Positions 47,354 through 56,374 are shown, counted from the first letter of the stretch. The stretch: DNA of 64,000 nucleotides from Minisyncoccota bacterium (GCA_028711065.1 JAQTSY010000005.1:7656-71655); one strand, 5' to 3'. The notes: generated by a model from the letters alone, not told the origin. Made by a program: numbers and translations.

Positions 47354-48031
47354 TTATTTCGTCGTCTTGCCGAAGATAAGTCGTGCAGCTGCCCCAAGAG
47401 CAAGAAGGACAAGCGCTCCGAGAATATAAGAAGTATAATTTCTTGCTCCGCTTGTTTCTATCGCAGCCAAATCTTTCACAACCAAAGGAGTTGCAGTTGT
47501 CGAAACTCCCTGTCCTGCGTTATTCGTTTCCCCCGCGACAGAATTATTTGTTGCTACTGTCGCATTTGAAATTGTGATTTGAACTGGTGCTCCTCCATTA
47601 GCAGAGAATACATTTTTGTTTTGAGCGTTGTAAATCTCTGTATCATTCGCTACTGCGAGAGATGCGGTACCCGACTTGAGCGCAGTAAATGTTACTGTAC
47701 CGAAAATCTTTCCAGCGGAAATTCCTCCGGGATATCCAGCTGTCTTTACAAGCGATCCAGAATCCATACTGTCATAGCCGGGCTGTGAAAGCGGGAGCCA
47801 TACTGGAGCAAAATTGAACGCGGTCGCTTTCAAAAGATCTTTCGAATAGGAAAGTGCAACTTTAGAAGTATAGACGCTCTCGCCTGCTGGAATCACTGAA
47901 ACCTGCACAGTAACTGTCTGGCCAGCTTTTACATTGAATGTTGAAGGTATAAGAGAAACATTAGCCGCTGCAGAAGCAAAAGCTGGAACAGCCAGCGCAA
48001 GAACAATAAGTGAAAAGATAAATTTCTTCAT
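47354..48031 (-). CDS. Cohesin-domain surface protein with C-terminal TM anchor
   Basis: Signal peptide; VKAGQTVTVQV...LSYSKDLL...FGTVTFTALKSGTA cohesin-like pattern; C-terminal TM with basic tail. Confidence 0.75.
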   Translation of the reverse strand: MKKFIFSLIVLALAVPAFASAAANVSLIPSTFNVKAGQTVTVQVSVIPAGESVYTSKVALSYSKDLLKATAFNFAPVWLPLSQPGYDSMDSGSLVKTAGYPGGISAGKIFGTVTFTALKSGTASLAVANDTEIYNAQNKNVFSANGGAPVQITISNATVATNNSVAGETNNAGQGVSTTATPLVVKDLAAIETSGARNYTSYILGALVLLALGAAARLIFGKTTK

Positions 48032-48036
48032 GATAA

Positions 48037-49095
48037 TTATTTTGCCCAGTTAATGAGTAATTGATTAAAATCCAAAATATCTACGGCACCGTCGAGGTTA
48101 AAATCTGCAGGATTTCCCTTCCCTTTCTTACCCCAATTTACTAGAAGAAGATTGAAGTCGAGGATGTTGTATGTATGCGCACCCAAAACTTTTCCTGAAC
48201 CGCCAGAAGAACCACCGCTGGCTGCATGATGAGTCGGCGTCGGAGATGGAGTCGCTTCGGGAGTAGGTGAAGGCGTTGGAGTCGGCGTAATTTCTGGGGT
48301 TGGACTTGGTGTCGGCGTTACTTCAGGAGTCGGCGAAGGTGTGGGTGTAACTTCCGGTGTTGGAGAAGGAGTTGGTTCTGGCGTGACAGTCGGTGTAGGA
48401 GTTGGTGTCACTTCAGGCGTTGGTGTTGAAGCTGGAGCGGGATCATCTAAAGTAATGGTACAAGTTTTTGTCTCATCTTTGATGAAAGTCCCTGTACAAT
48501 CTTCCGAAAAACTTTTTACATAGCCATGAGCATCTACGACATCGATCGTATAGCTCCCCGGATGAATTTGAAAAAGTTGTCCGGGATCCTCTTTCCCTGC
48601 CGCATTGCCACTGGTTACAGAATCCGTCGATCTGGTCTGAAAGCTAGGAGCAGTAAGCGTACCGGAATCATCATTAACAACATGAGTAATAACATGAAGC
48701 TTTCCACTGCAAGGAGTAGAATTGCTAGAGTAATCGGTTACGTATGAATCATCGGAACCGTGTTCAAGAATTGCCGTCGCTATGCAACCAACGACATATT
48801 TATCCGGAGTAGTAGAGAGAAATCGAAAATCATTTGCTCCAGAAGAGAGAGGAAGAAAGTTAGGATGAATAATAACATCTGGTTCACTAGTATGGAGGAC
48901 GATACGAACTCTGTAGGTACTGATATCAGCAGATGCTGTCAAAAATCCTGAAACAGATATGGCGATAGGGTCAGTGCCTGCTGTGCTCGAAGTGATAAAG
49001 ACTCTCGGTAGGAGAGCTGCTGCTCCTGCAGTATGAGCAAAAGCGAACACTCCTAGAATAAGAAGACCTGCTGAAATCAATTTGTAACTTTTCAT
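48037..49095 (-). CDS. Secreted protein with Ig-like domain, Pro/Thr linker and C-terminal dockerin-like domain
   Basis: Signal peptide; [10 protein letters not shown] repeats; [12 protein letters not shown]...[21 protein letters not shown]. Confidence 0.78.
   Translation of the reverse strand: MKSYKLISAGLLILGVFAFAHTAGAAALLPRVFITSSTAGTDPIAISVSGFLTASADISTYRVRIVLHTSEPDVIIHPNFLPLSSGANDFRFLSTTPDKYVVGCIATAILEHGSDDSYVTDYSSNSTPCSGKLHVITHVVNDDSGTLTAPSFQTRSTDSVTSGNAAGKEDPGQLFQIHPGSYTIDVVDAHGYVKSFSEDCTGTFIKDETKTCTITLDDPAPASTPTPEVTPTPTPTVTPEPTPSPTPEVTPTPSPTPEVTPTPSPTPEITPTPTPSPTPEATPSPTPTHHAASGGSSGGSGKVLGAHTYNILDFNLLLVNWGKKGKGNPADFNLDGAVDILDFNQLLINWAK
48234..48430 (-). repeat. Coding Pro/Thr tandem repeats
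   Basis: About six imperfect [10 protein letters not shown] units. Confidence 0.8.
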
Positions 49096-49174
49096 AATTT
49101 CGATTAAATAGTAATAAAAGGCATTAAAAAAGGCTCTAAAGAGCCATAAAAACAGATTCGTGTCTAACGGTACT

Positions 49175-49203
49175 ACTATACACTAACAAATATGAAAAGT
49201 CAA
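49175..49203 (-). promoter_or_regulatory. Sigma70-type promoter
   Basis: TTGACT-N17-TATAGT upstream of the dockerin gene. Confidence 0.6.
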
Positions 49204-49240
49204 CTAATTCTCTGGATGAGAAACTAGGCTGTTTTGAACG

Positions 49241-50416
49241 CTATCCGCACGAAGAAATTATTTTTCTGTAGTACTCCTCATACTGCGCGACGATTTTTTC
49301 AGAACAAAAGTTTGATCGGGCCCGTTCTTTTGCATTTTCTCCAATTTTTTTCACGAGAGATTCATCATAGGAAAGTTCCAGAAGCTTTTTTGCAAAATCA
49401 TCTACCTTCCCCACTCCAAATAAATACCCCGTTTTGCCGTCTTGCAGAACTTCTGAAATTCCTCCGGCATTTGTTGCGAGCACTGGCTTACCATATGACA
49501 TCGTTTCAAGAATTCCCATTCCAAAACTTTCTGTTTCAGAAGTATAGATGCCGATGTCAGCGGCATTAATATAATTTTCGATATCTAGAACATTTCGTTT
49601 TATAATTATTTGGTCGCCTATACCTAACTCCTCAACAAGAGGCTTAAAGGGAGCAAAGTCCGCCCCCGCGAGAATTAAAAGCTTTATTTTCTTATTTTCT
49701 TTGACCTTTCCGAGAATCGCCAAAAGATCCGGAATTCTTTTCACTTTGCGCAAATTAGAAAGATGGATCGCTAGGAAATCTGTATCCGCCACACCAATCT
49801 CTTTTCTTACTTCTTCAGCACTTTTTGCGACAGGTTTCGGAGTATAGAAATTATGAATAACCTCGATATGTTTCTTGGTATCAAGATTTTTTATCGTATC
49901 TTTTTTTAAACTTTCTGAAACTGCCGTAACCCCGCATGAACTTTCAATGGAATATTTGATAACCGGCATCACCGTTTTATCCCGCGCGAGAAGGGTAATA
50001 TCAGTACCGTGAAGGGTCGTGATTATGTTTGGAAAAGGAATTTTTTCTTCATCCGCAATATCTTTTGCCAGAAGTGCGGCGGTAGCATGAGGCACAGCAT
50101 AATGCACGTGTAAAATATCGAGCTTGAATTCTTTGCAGACATCCACAATTCGGACCGCGAGCGGGAGGGTGTAATCGGGGTATTTGAAAAGCTCGTAGCC
50201 GTTGAAATCGACTTTATGGAAAAAAATATTCGGTAATTTCCTATCGAGCGCGAAGGGCGGATCATAGCTTAAAAAATGGACCTCGTGTCCCCTCTTCGCA
50301 AGTTCGCTCCCGAGTCCAGTCGCGACAATCCCGCTCCCACCAACAGATGGGTAGCAGACGATTCCTATTTTAAGAGACTTTCCCGTCCCCTTTTTCGAAG
50401 TAGTAAAAAATCCCAT
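49241..50416 (-). CDS. bshA: N-acetyl-alpha-D-glucosaminyl L-malate synthase
   Basis: KIGIVCYPSVGGSGIVAT, LHVHYAVPHA, TTLHGTDIT, SNLRKVKR, ESFG. Confidence 0.92.
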   Translation of the reverse strand: MGFFTTSKKGTGKSLKIGIVCYPSVGGSGIVATGLGSELAKRGHEVHFLSYDPPFALDRKLPNIFFHKVDFNGYELFKYPDYTLPLAVRIVDVCKEFKLDILHVHYAVPHATAALLAKDIADEEKIPFPNIITTLHGTDITLLARDKTVMPVIKYSIESSCGVTAVSESLKKDTIKNLDTKKHIEVIHNFYTPKPVAKSAEEVRKEIGVADTDFLAIHLSNLRKVKRIPDLLAILGKVKENKKIKLLILAGADFAPFKPLVEELGIGDQIIIKRNVLDIENYINAADIGIYTSETESFGMGILETMSYGKPVLATNAGGISEVLQDGKTGYLFGVGKVDDFAKKLLELSYDESLVKKIGENAKERARSNFCSEKIVAQYEEYYRKIISSCG

Positions 50417-50417
50417 T

Positions 50418-51116
50418 TTAATAATTTCTCGCGGAAGATCCCAATTGAGAAAGAGTATCGGCTCGAATAGCATCATTGACCCAAAGCACTGTTGCATATT
50501 TCACATCAATCGAGGCGCCATAGGCTTTTGCCCGGCTCTCGATCATATTCACATAATTTTTCGTCTTCATTTGGCTTTCATGAACTGCGACAGCTTTCAT
50601 CCATGTATCATACTGCGCCGAGACATCGATAATGATATCGGGTTTTTTCTCAAATCCATGACTTGATGGATAGAAGTAAAGACTTTCGATAGAATGCGAA
50701 GGAAGTTTTTTTAATTCTTCTAATCCGCCGTAGCGGGCGAGACGAGATGCAGAGCGAGCCATTTGAGAGAGAGCATAATGATCTGGATGCTGATTCTCGA
50801 AATAAGAAGTTGAAAGAACAATGTTTGGTTTGTATTCGCGGATGATCTTTGCGAGTTTGAAAGCGTTTTTGGGAGTGTTTTCCATATGTGAATCTCCCCC
50901 TAAAGATATGAATTCTATTTCGGCACCAATGATTTTCGCTGCCATTTCTGCCTCTTTCTGGCGGCCTTCCGAAGTCCCATTCGTCCCCGCTTCCCCAAGT
51001 GAGCAGACAACAATTTTCACCTGCGAACCTGCTTCAATCTCTTTGATAAGGAGGCCTGCGCAGCCAAATTCGACATCGTCTGGGTGAGCACCAAATGCAA
51101 GGATTTTTTTAGACAT
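50418..51116 (-). CDS. bshB1: Bacillithiol biosynthesis deacetylase (PIG-L family)
   Basis: AFGAHPDDVE, GEAGTNG, HPDH; adjacent to bshA. Confidence 0.85.
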   Translation of the reverse strand: MSKKILAFGAHPDDVEFGCAGLLIKEIEAGSQVKIVVCSLGEAGTNGTSEGRQKEAEMAAKIIGAEIEFISLGGDSHMENTPKNAFKLAKIIREYKPNIVLSTSYFENQHPDHYALSQMARSASRLARYGGLEELKKLPSHSIESLYFYPSSHGFEKKPDIIIDVSAQYDTWMKAVAVHESQMKTKNYVNMIESRAKAYGASIDVKYATVLWVNDAIRADTLSQLGSSARNY

Positions 51117-51149
51117 ACAATTTAATGGCAATCTCTATTAATAAGTTTA

Positions 51150-51923
51150 CTACACTTCACCAATATAGGCATACTCGCTTTTTTCTATTTCCTGTCGATC
51201 TACAAAAACGACTTCTGGAAAATCTGATTTTTTAAGATATGCGCCTTCTCCTGCTCCAGAAATATAATGTGTGCTGTGAATCACTGATTGCATCCAGGCA
51301 AAGCGCTCATCACGTCCTGGATTTTTCTGCCATTTTTCGATTTTTGCAGGCGCAGGAATTGTAAAATATTTTCCTCCGCCTTCATGGAGCCGAAAGTCCC
51401 CCTCATGCATTTCAGCGCGAACAATTTCTCCTTCGTATGGGATATCGGCAAAAAACTCTGATAACTCTGACGCTTTCGTTCGGAAATCTTTATCGGATGA
51501 GCGCATGACTTCAATTCCCTCGAGAAGTCCCATTCGTGTATACATATCGAGACAGAAATCTGCAGCATTGTCTCCAGCGGCACCCGCGAAAATATCTATC
51601 ATTTTTTTGCCGACAAAACGGGGCAATTTTCGTAAAGTTTCTTCTTTCCAACCGACAGGAATCTTTTTGAGATACAACGGAGAATATTTCTTTTGAATTT
51701 TGTTCTCTTGGGTGAAATTCAATCGCCCTTCCTCCTTCGTTTTCAAATCTTCAAGGATAGTGATTGTTTCCCGATAATCAGCGTCACTGTCGTGATAGAA
51801 AAAGACAATTCTCCCTCCGATCTCTTTTTGTAATTTCCGAGCAGTCTGGATTTTGGCATAGAGAAAACGCTTGGGGAAAATCCCGCAGGGTTGCTGGCCG
51901 AAGGCTATGATTGGTGTGGACAT
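51150..51923 (-). CDS. bshC: Compact BshC-like cysteine-adding enzyme
   Basis: GQQP...LYAK...IVFFYHDSDADYRE and YISGAGEGAY resemble the BshC motifs GQQ...LY...K...VFW...EDHD..E and YVGGPGExAY; adjacent to bshB1-bshA. Confidence 0.65.
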   Translation of the reverse strand: MSTPIIAFGQQPCGIFPKRFLYAKIQTARKLQKEIGGRIVFFYHDSDADYRETITILEDLKTKEEGRLNFTQENKIQKKYSPLYLKKIPVGWKEETLRKLPRFVGKKMIDIFAGAAGDNAADFCLDMYTRMGLLEGIEVMRSSDKDFRTKASELSEFFADIPYEGEIVRAEMHEGDFRLHEGGGKYFTIPAPAKIEKWQKNPGRDERFAWMQSVIHSTHYISGAGEGAYLKKSDFPEVVFVDRQEIEKSEYAYIGEV

Positions 51924-51926
51924 ACA

Positions 51927-52745
51927 TTATTTCTTAATAAGAGCGGATTCGCTAAAACCATGAGTCCAATAAACCTTTGAATAGAGTTTTGTATAGTCCG
52001 TCAATTCTCTTATAAGCCTCTTCCTTCTTTCTCGACTCACTTTTCCAAGCAGTAAAGCCGTTTCGGAAGGAGAAAGAGAAAGGATAAGCGATAAGAGGCG
52101 GGAGGTGATGATGTTATCTTTATTATTCATTAATTGCACAAGATACTTTATTCCTTTCTGTTTATATTGATACGCGGTAATTTCTTTCTCGATATTATTT
52201 TCAAGCTTCAGGTAAACAAATAAAGAAAGAGATTTTGGCTTCTTTCCAAGAAGCAACTTGCTAGACATTTTCAGGGCAGAGCCAGTCGCAGAAATGTCGT
52301 CTATAAGAATAATTCTCTTGTTTCGAACGCGAGGCCCGTAATAATGAAGTTTCTTTTCTAAAATCTTTCTCTTTGCAGTTGGCGAAAGGTCGTAATAAGA
52401 AGTGTTTCCAAAATAAATATTTTCTAGTACAATTTCCCCTTTTTGCATTTGTAAGATCCTTGCAATGGAATTGACCAAAGATACGGCAACGCTTGTTTGA
52501 GTCGTGGCAGGATGATTGATGATAATATAATCTTTTCTATTCTTACGGAAATCCTTTGGCAGAGTTGACGAAATAGCTTTGGCCATTTCTCGAGCACACT
52601 TTTCCACTGCATGGACGTCCCCGAGCTTAAGGGCGGAGAGGAAAAGAAAAAAATCTTTATCCAAGCGAAGATCCCTTCGAGAACATTTTCTTAATGCTGT
52701 GATTGGATATTTTTTGCCTTCGATACGAATGTTACTCGGTGACAT
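51927..52745 (-). CDS. Phosphoribosyltransferase-domain protein (ComF-like/PRTase_3-like)
   Basis: IILIDDISATGSAL PRPP-binding loop. Confidence 0.75.
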   Translation of the reverse strand: MSPSNIRIEGKKYPITALRKCSRRDLRLDKDFFLFLSALKLGDVHAVEKCAREMAKAISSTLPKDFRKNRKDYIIINHPATTQTSVAVSLVNSIARILQMQKGEIVLENIYFGNTSYYDLSPTAKRKILEKKLHYYGPRVRNKRIILIDDISATGSALKMSSKLLLGKKPKSLSLFVYLKLENNIEKEITAYQYKQKGIKYLVQLMNNKDNIITSRLLSLILSLSPSETALLLGKVSRERRKRLIRELTDYTKLYSKVYWTHGFSESALIKK

Positions 52746-52752
52746 GATTCTT

Positions 52753-52990
52753 TGCGGGTCAGGGAGTGTCGGTCGTTACACGACCAGTATCCCGATTCGT
52801 TTTTTCTTTCAGAAAAAAGCTGAATCGGGCTTCGAGTCCCTGGGCCAGGAAACTCTTTCCCTACGGGAACAGTATCCCCGATGGATTTTTTAGACGCGCT
52901 CACGCGCTTTAAAAAATACTCATCGGGGCTTCGAGTCCCTGCCGAAGTAACCCCCGTTACTTCGGGCAGAAAATTTCCTTCGGAAATTTT
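52753..52990 (-). ncRNA. tRNA-Gln-associated tandem structured repeat (two units of an unrecognised motif)
   Basis: Two units of CAGGGACTCGAA-G-[8-bp stem-AGY-hairpin-C-stem]-ATACTG-[5 bp-GTA-5 bp], ending in a direct copy of the tRNA 3' end TCCCTGACCCGCA. Confidence 0.7.
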
Positions 52991-52991
52991 G

Positions 52992-53062
52992 CTGCGGGTC
53001 AGGGACTCGAACCCCAATAACATCCTCCAGAGGGATGTGTCCTACCATTAGACGAACCCGCA
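52992..53062 (-). tRNA. tRNA-Gln(CUG)
   Basis: TGCGGGT/ACCCGCA acceptor, CATCC-CTCTGGA-GGATG anticodon arm, GTTCGAGTC T-loop; CCA not encoded. Confidence 0.95.
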
Positions 53063-53083
53063 ATATTATAAATTCTCTAAAAT

Positions 53084-53141
53084 TGTCCTACCATTAGCCT
53101 GCCCGCGGACGGGCTTTGCCGGCCAGGGACGAACCCGCAAT
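53084..53141 (-). repeat. Duplicate of the tRNA-Gln 5' end interrupted by a 30-bp GC-rich insertion
   Basis: TGTCCTACCATTAG + CCTGCCCGCGGACGGGCTTTGCCGGCCAGG + GACGAACCCGCAAT, compared with the uninterrupted copy at 53038-53064. Confidence 0.85.
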
Positions 53142-53283
53142 TCAATTACAGAAACAGAACTAAGCCCATAATACTAAACCAGCTTATACGAAAAATGACG
53201 AAAAATCCAATCCGCTCAAATAAAAACATGTAATCGAGTAAACCCGACTGCACGCTCATTTCCCAGAAGATGATTCTGTTCAC

Positions 53284-53643
53284 CTAAACGGCAACGCTCT
53301 CCCACCTCGAACGCTTGTTCTTCGAACCCGGCGGCCGTCCGCGGCGCGGCTTCGCCGGAAGCACAGGGGCCGAGGTTTCTTCCACGACTGCAGGAGCCGG
53401 CTCTTCCGAAACCGTAGCAGACGAAGTTTCCGGCACACTTGCACCCGAATCTTCAACCACAGTGACCTCCGAATCTGTAGCCGATGCGGTCGGCGAATCC
53501 GGAACTCCAAGAACCGCTCCCCGCCTGCCCTGAATAGAGCAACGCCCCTTTGCGTGGCGATTGCCCCCAGATGCCACGGGTTTGCGGCACAAATCACATG
53601 TACCGTTTGCCAATTGACCCTCCCTCTTGAAATGCGCTCCCAT
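53284..53643 (-). CDS. Small protein with putative Zn site and AT-hook
   Basis: CDLC...H...C, acidic S/T/E/P linker, PRRGRPPGSKNK. Confidence 0.7.
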   Translation of the reverse strand: MGAHFKREGQLANGTCDLCRKPVASGGNRHAKGRCSIQGRRGAVLGVPDSPTASATDSEVTVVEDSGASVPETSSATVSEEPAPAVVEETSAPVLPAKPRRGRPPGSKNKRSRWESVAV

Positions 53644-53731
53644 GATTAGGAGCAAGAACCCCTCGTCTCCGGATCGCCAGAGACAGTAAAATCAAGCCAC
53701 TTTATAGCAAATTTTGAGAAAAATGTCGATG

Positions 53732-53761
53732 CAATAAAACTGGCCGGGGCCAGTTTTATTG
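53732..53761 (-). terminator. Intrinsic terminator after pyrG
   Basis: CAATAAAACTGGCC-GG-GGCCAGTTTTATTG inverted repeat. Confidence 0.7.
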
Positions 53762-53764
53762 TTT

Positions 53765-55414
53765 TTATTTTTTGGTCTTAAGACACGCTGTGATAAACGC
53801 TGAGAACAGAGGATGCGGAGACAGGGGCCGTGCGAGAAATTCCGGATGGAACTGCGTTCCAAGAAAGAATGGATGCACTGACTCCGGGAGCTCTGCGATT
53901 TCCATAAGTTTTCCTGACGGAGACATACCTGAGAAAACAAGACCTTGTTCTTCGATTTGCGTTATGAATTCAGGATTCACTTCGTAGCGATGACGATGCC
54001 GTTCGCTTATTTTTGCCTTTCCATACGCTTTCATTGCAACAGTGCCTTTTTTTAAATGTGCTGGATAAGAACCCAAGCGCATCGAACCTCCATAATTCCC
54101 ATTCGCGAGAAGGACTTTTTGGTCAGACATAATATCAATAACAGGATATTTTGTTTTTGGATTGATTTCTGTAGTATTCGCATCTTTGAGTCCGACAACA
54201 TTTCGAGCGAATTCCACGACCGCAAGCTGCATCCCGTAACAAAGTCCGAAATATGGAATGCCTTTTTCACGAGCAAAGCGGATAGTTTCGATGACCCCTT
54301 CGATACCGGAAGAACCGAAGCCTCCGGGAACGATAATGCCGTCGTACGCTTCCAATGCTTCAATTTTTAATTTCCCTGTTTCAAAATCTTTCGAATTTAT
54401 CCATGTGAGATTTGCTTTCGCATTCTGCCAATACGCGGAAAACTTCACTGCTTCAATAACAGAAATATACGCGTCAGAAAGAAAGAAATCTCCTGTATCA
54501 AAATATTTCCCAACGACCGCAATATTCAAAGTTGAAGTGCCATTTTTGGTCTTAGCAACGAATTTCTTCCAATCTTTGAGAACGTCTCCTTTCTTCGGCG
54601 CCGTTAGACCGAGATTTTTAAGAATGATCTCTCCGATTTTATCTTTTTCAAAATTGACCGGAACATCATAGACGCTATCAACGTCGGGAGCCGAAATAAC
54701 ATTTTCCTCTGAAATACTGCACCAAATCGCTATCTTTTGCTTTCTCTTTTGATCAAGCGGAATATGGCTTCGCGCAATGATCATGTCCGGCTGAACTCCG
54801 TAGGAATTGAGCTGATGAACAGCATTTTGCGTTGGACGCGTTTTCATCTCGCCGAGTTTTGAAGGGACAGGAAGGTAACTCACCAAAATAAAGAAAACGT
54901 CATGAGGATTTCTAATCTTCAATGTTCGAGCCGCTTCGATGAAAAGAATGTTCTGGTAATCCCCAACCGTTCCGCCGATCTCAATGAGAGAGATATCTGA
55001 TTTATTCACTTTCGCCGAACGAACAATTCTTTCCTTGATTTCATTGGTGATATGCGGAATTGCTTCGACAAATTTACCGCCATAACCCAAGCTACGCTCA
55101 CGGTCGATCACGGTCTTGTAAACCATCCCGCTTGTCATGTAATCCTCAGGGGTCAGATCTTTTTCCATGAAGCGTTCGTAATTTCCCATATCCTGATCGG
55201 TCTCAAGGCCTGAATTTAAAACGAAAACCTCACCGTGTTCAGTGGGGTTCATAGTACCAGCATCGACGTTCAAATACGGATCGATTTTGATGGGATTTAC
55301 ATTGAAGCCTTTGGCTTCAAGAATCCGGCCGATAGAAGATGTGGCAATCCCCTTTCCTACTCCGGACATAACCCCACCTATCACAAATACGTATTTGTGG
55401 TTTTGTTTTTTCAT
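53765..55414 (-). CDS. pyrG: CTP synthase
   Basis: GGVMSGVGKG, KIDPYLNVDAGTMNPTEHGEVF, GLCYGMQ, ERHRHRYE, QFHPE. Confidence 0.98.
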   Translation of the reverse strand: MKKQNHKYVFVIGGVMSGVGKGIATSSIGRILEAKGFNVNPIKIDPYLNVDAGTMNPTEHGEVFVLNSGLETDQDMGNYERFMEKDLTPEDYMTSGMVYKTVIDRERSLGYGGKFVEAIPHITNEIKERIVRSAKVNKSDISLIEIGGTVGDYQNILFIEAARTLKIRNPHDVFFILVSYLPVPSKLGEMKTRPTQNAVHQLNSYGVQPDMIIARSHIPLDQKRKQKIAIWCSISEENVISAPDVDSVYDVPVNFEKDKIGEIILKNLGLTAPKKGDVLKDWKKFVAKTKNGTSTLNIAVVGKYFDTGDFFLSDAYISVIEAVKFSAYWQNAKANLTWINSKDFETGKLKIEALEAYDGIIVPGGFGSSGIEGVIETIRFAREKGIPYFGLCYGMQLAVVEFARNVVGLKDANTTEINPKTKYPVIDIMSDQKVLLANGNYGGSMRLGSYPAHLKKGTVAMKAYGKAKISERHRHRYEVNPEFITQIEEQGLVFSGMSPSGKLMEIAELPESVHPFFLGTQFHPEFLARPLSPHPLFSAFITACLKTKK

Positions 55415-55424
55415 ATAAATTCGA

Positions 55425-56351
55425 TTAAATTTTCAAATACTTCCTCGTTGCTAAAAAACTTGATACTGCACTAATGAAAATCCCTGACAGCGTAATGATA
55501 AGGAAAATCTGTAAAAAATTCGCTTTATAGTAATCAAAAATATTGATTCCCGTAAAGAAATTCTCTGTCTTCGGCCCAAGCCAAAACGTAATCGGATAAA
55601 AAAGAACAAGGGTAACCAGCGCGGAGATAAGTCCGTAGAAAATTCCCGTAACAACGAACGGTCCCCGGATGTAGCGGTTGCTTGCACCCACAAGCCTCAT
55701 CACGGAAATCTCTTCGCGAGCAGTATAGATTGCCAAGCGAATAGTGTTGAATGTGATAAGCACCGATATAATAACTAAAATAATCGTAAGAGTAAACCCA
55801 AGCTTCTGCCCGGCCTGGATAATGCGGGTAAGCCTATCGATAGCGATTTTATTTTGAAGATAATTTACTTTATCAATAATGGTGTTTCCATCACTTGAAA
55901 GAGCGTTTTTTCCATTAAGGAACGTTGCAATGCCTTCATATTGAGAAGGATCTTTGGCCTTAATATTCAACACTGCACCAAGCGGATTGTCCCCAAGCTC
56001 GTCGAGTGCTTGAAGAGTCAGCTGATCTGTTTGATGTTTCGCTTTGAAATTGGCGAGAGCCTGATCTCGAGAAATGTAATCAATGTGGGCAACTTCCGGC
56101 AAAGCTTCGAGCGTCTTTTTGAGAGAAAGAATGTCGTCTTCGCTCGCCGTTGTTACAAGATAAACATTAATATCAACTTTATTTTGAATCTGAGTGAGAG
56201 TTGATGAAAGGGTTGCAGAAGCGAAAATAAGAGAACCGATTACAAACAAGGTCACGATGAGAACTAGAACCGAAGCGAGAGAAACAAAACCATTTCTCCA
56301 GAAACTGGTGAACCCCGCTCGAAATACTCTCTTTATTTTTGTCCAAATCAT
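55425..56351 (-). CDS. ftsX: Cell division permease FtsX
   Basis: 4-TM FtsX layout; NTIRLAIY...REEISVMRLVGAS...IRGPF. Confidence 0.93.
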   Translation of the reverse strand: MIWTKIKRVFRAGFTSFWRNGFVSLASVLVLIVTLFVIGSLIFASATLSSTLTQIQNKVDINVYLVTTASEDDILSLKKTLEALPEVAHIDYISRDQALANFKAKHQTDQLTLQALDELGDNPLGAVLNIKAKDPSQYEGIATFLNGKNALSSDGNTIIDKVNYLQNKIAIDRLTRIIQAGQKLGFTLTIILVIISVLITFNTIRLAIYTAREEISVMRLVGASNRYIRGPFVVTGIFYGLISALVTLVLFYPITFWLGPKTENFFTGINIFDYYKANFLQIFLIITLSGIFISAVSSFLATRKYLKI

Positions 56352-56374
56352 GAATGATTTTTTATATAGTAAAT

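Noticed and set aside
48234-48430. CRISPR-like periodic repeats
   Set aside because: They are in-frame Pro/Thr linker codons, degenerate at third positions, with no spacers or cas genes.
52753-52765. attR of a genomic island integrated at tRNA-Gln
   Set aside because: The direct repeat is only about 230 bp from the tRNA, encloses no genes, and no integrase is present in the window.
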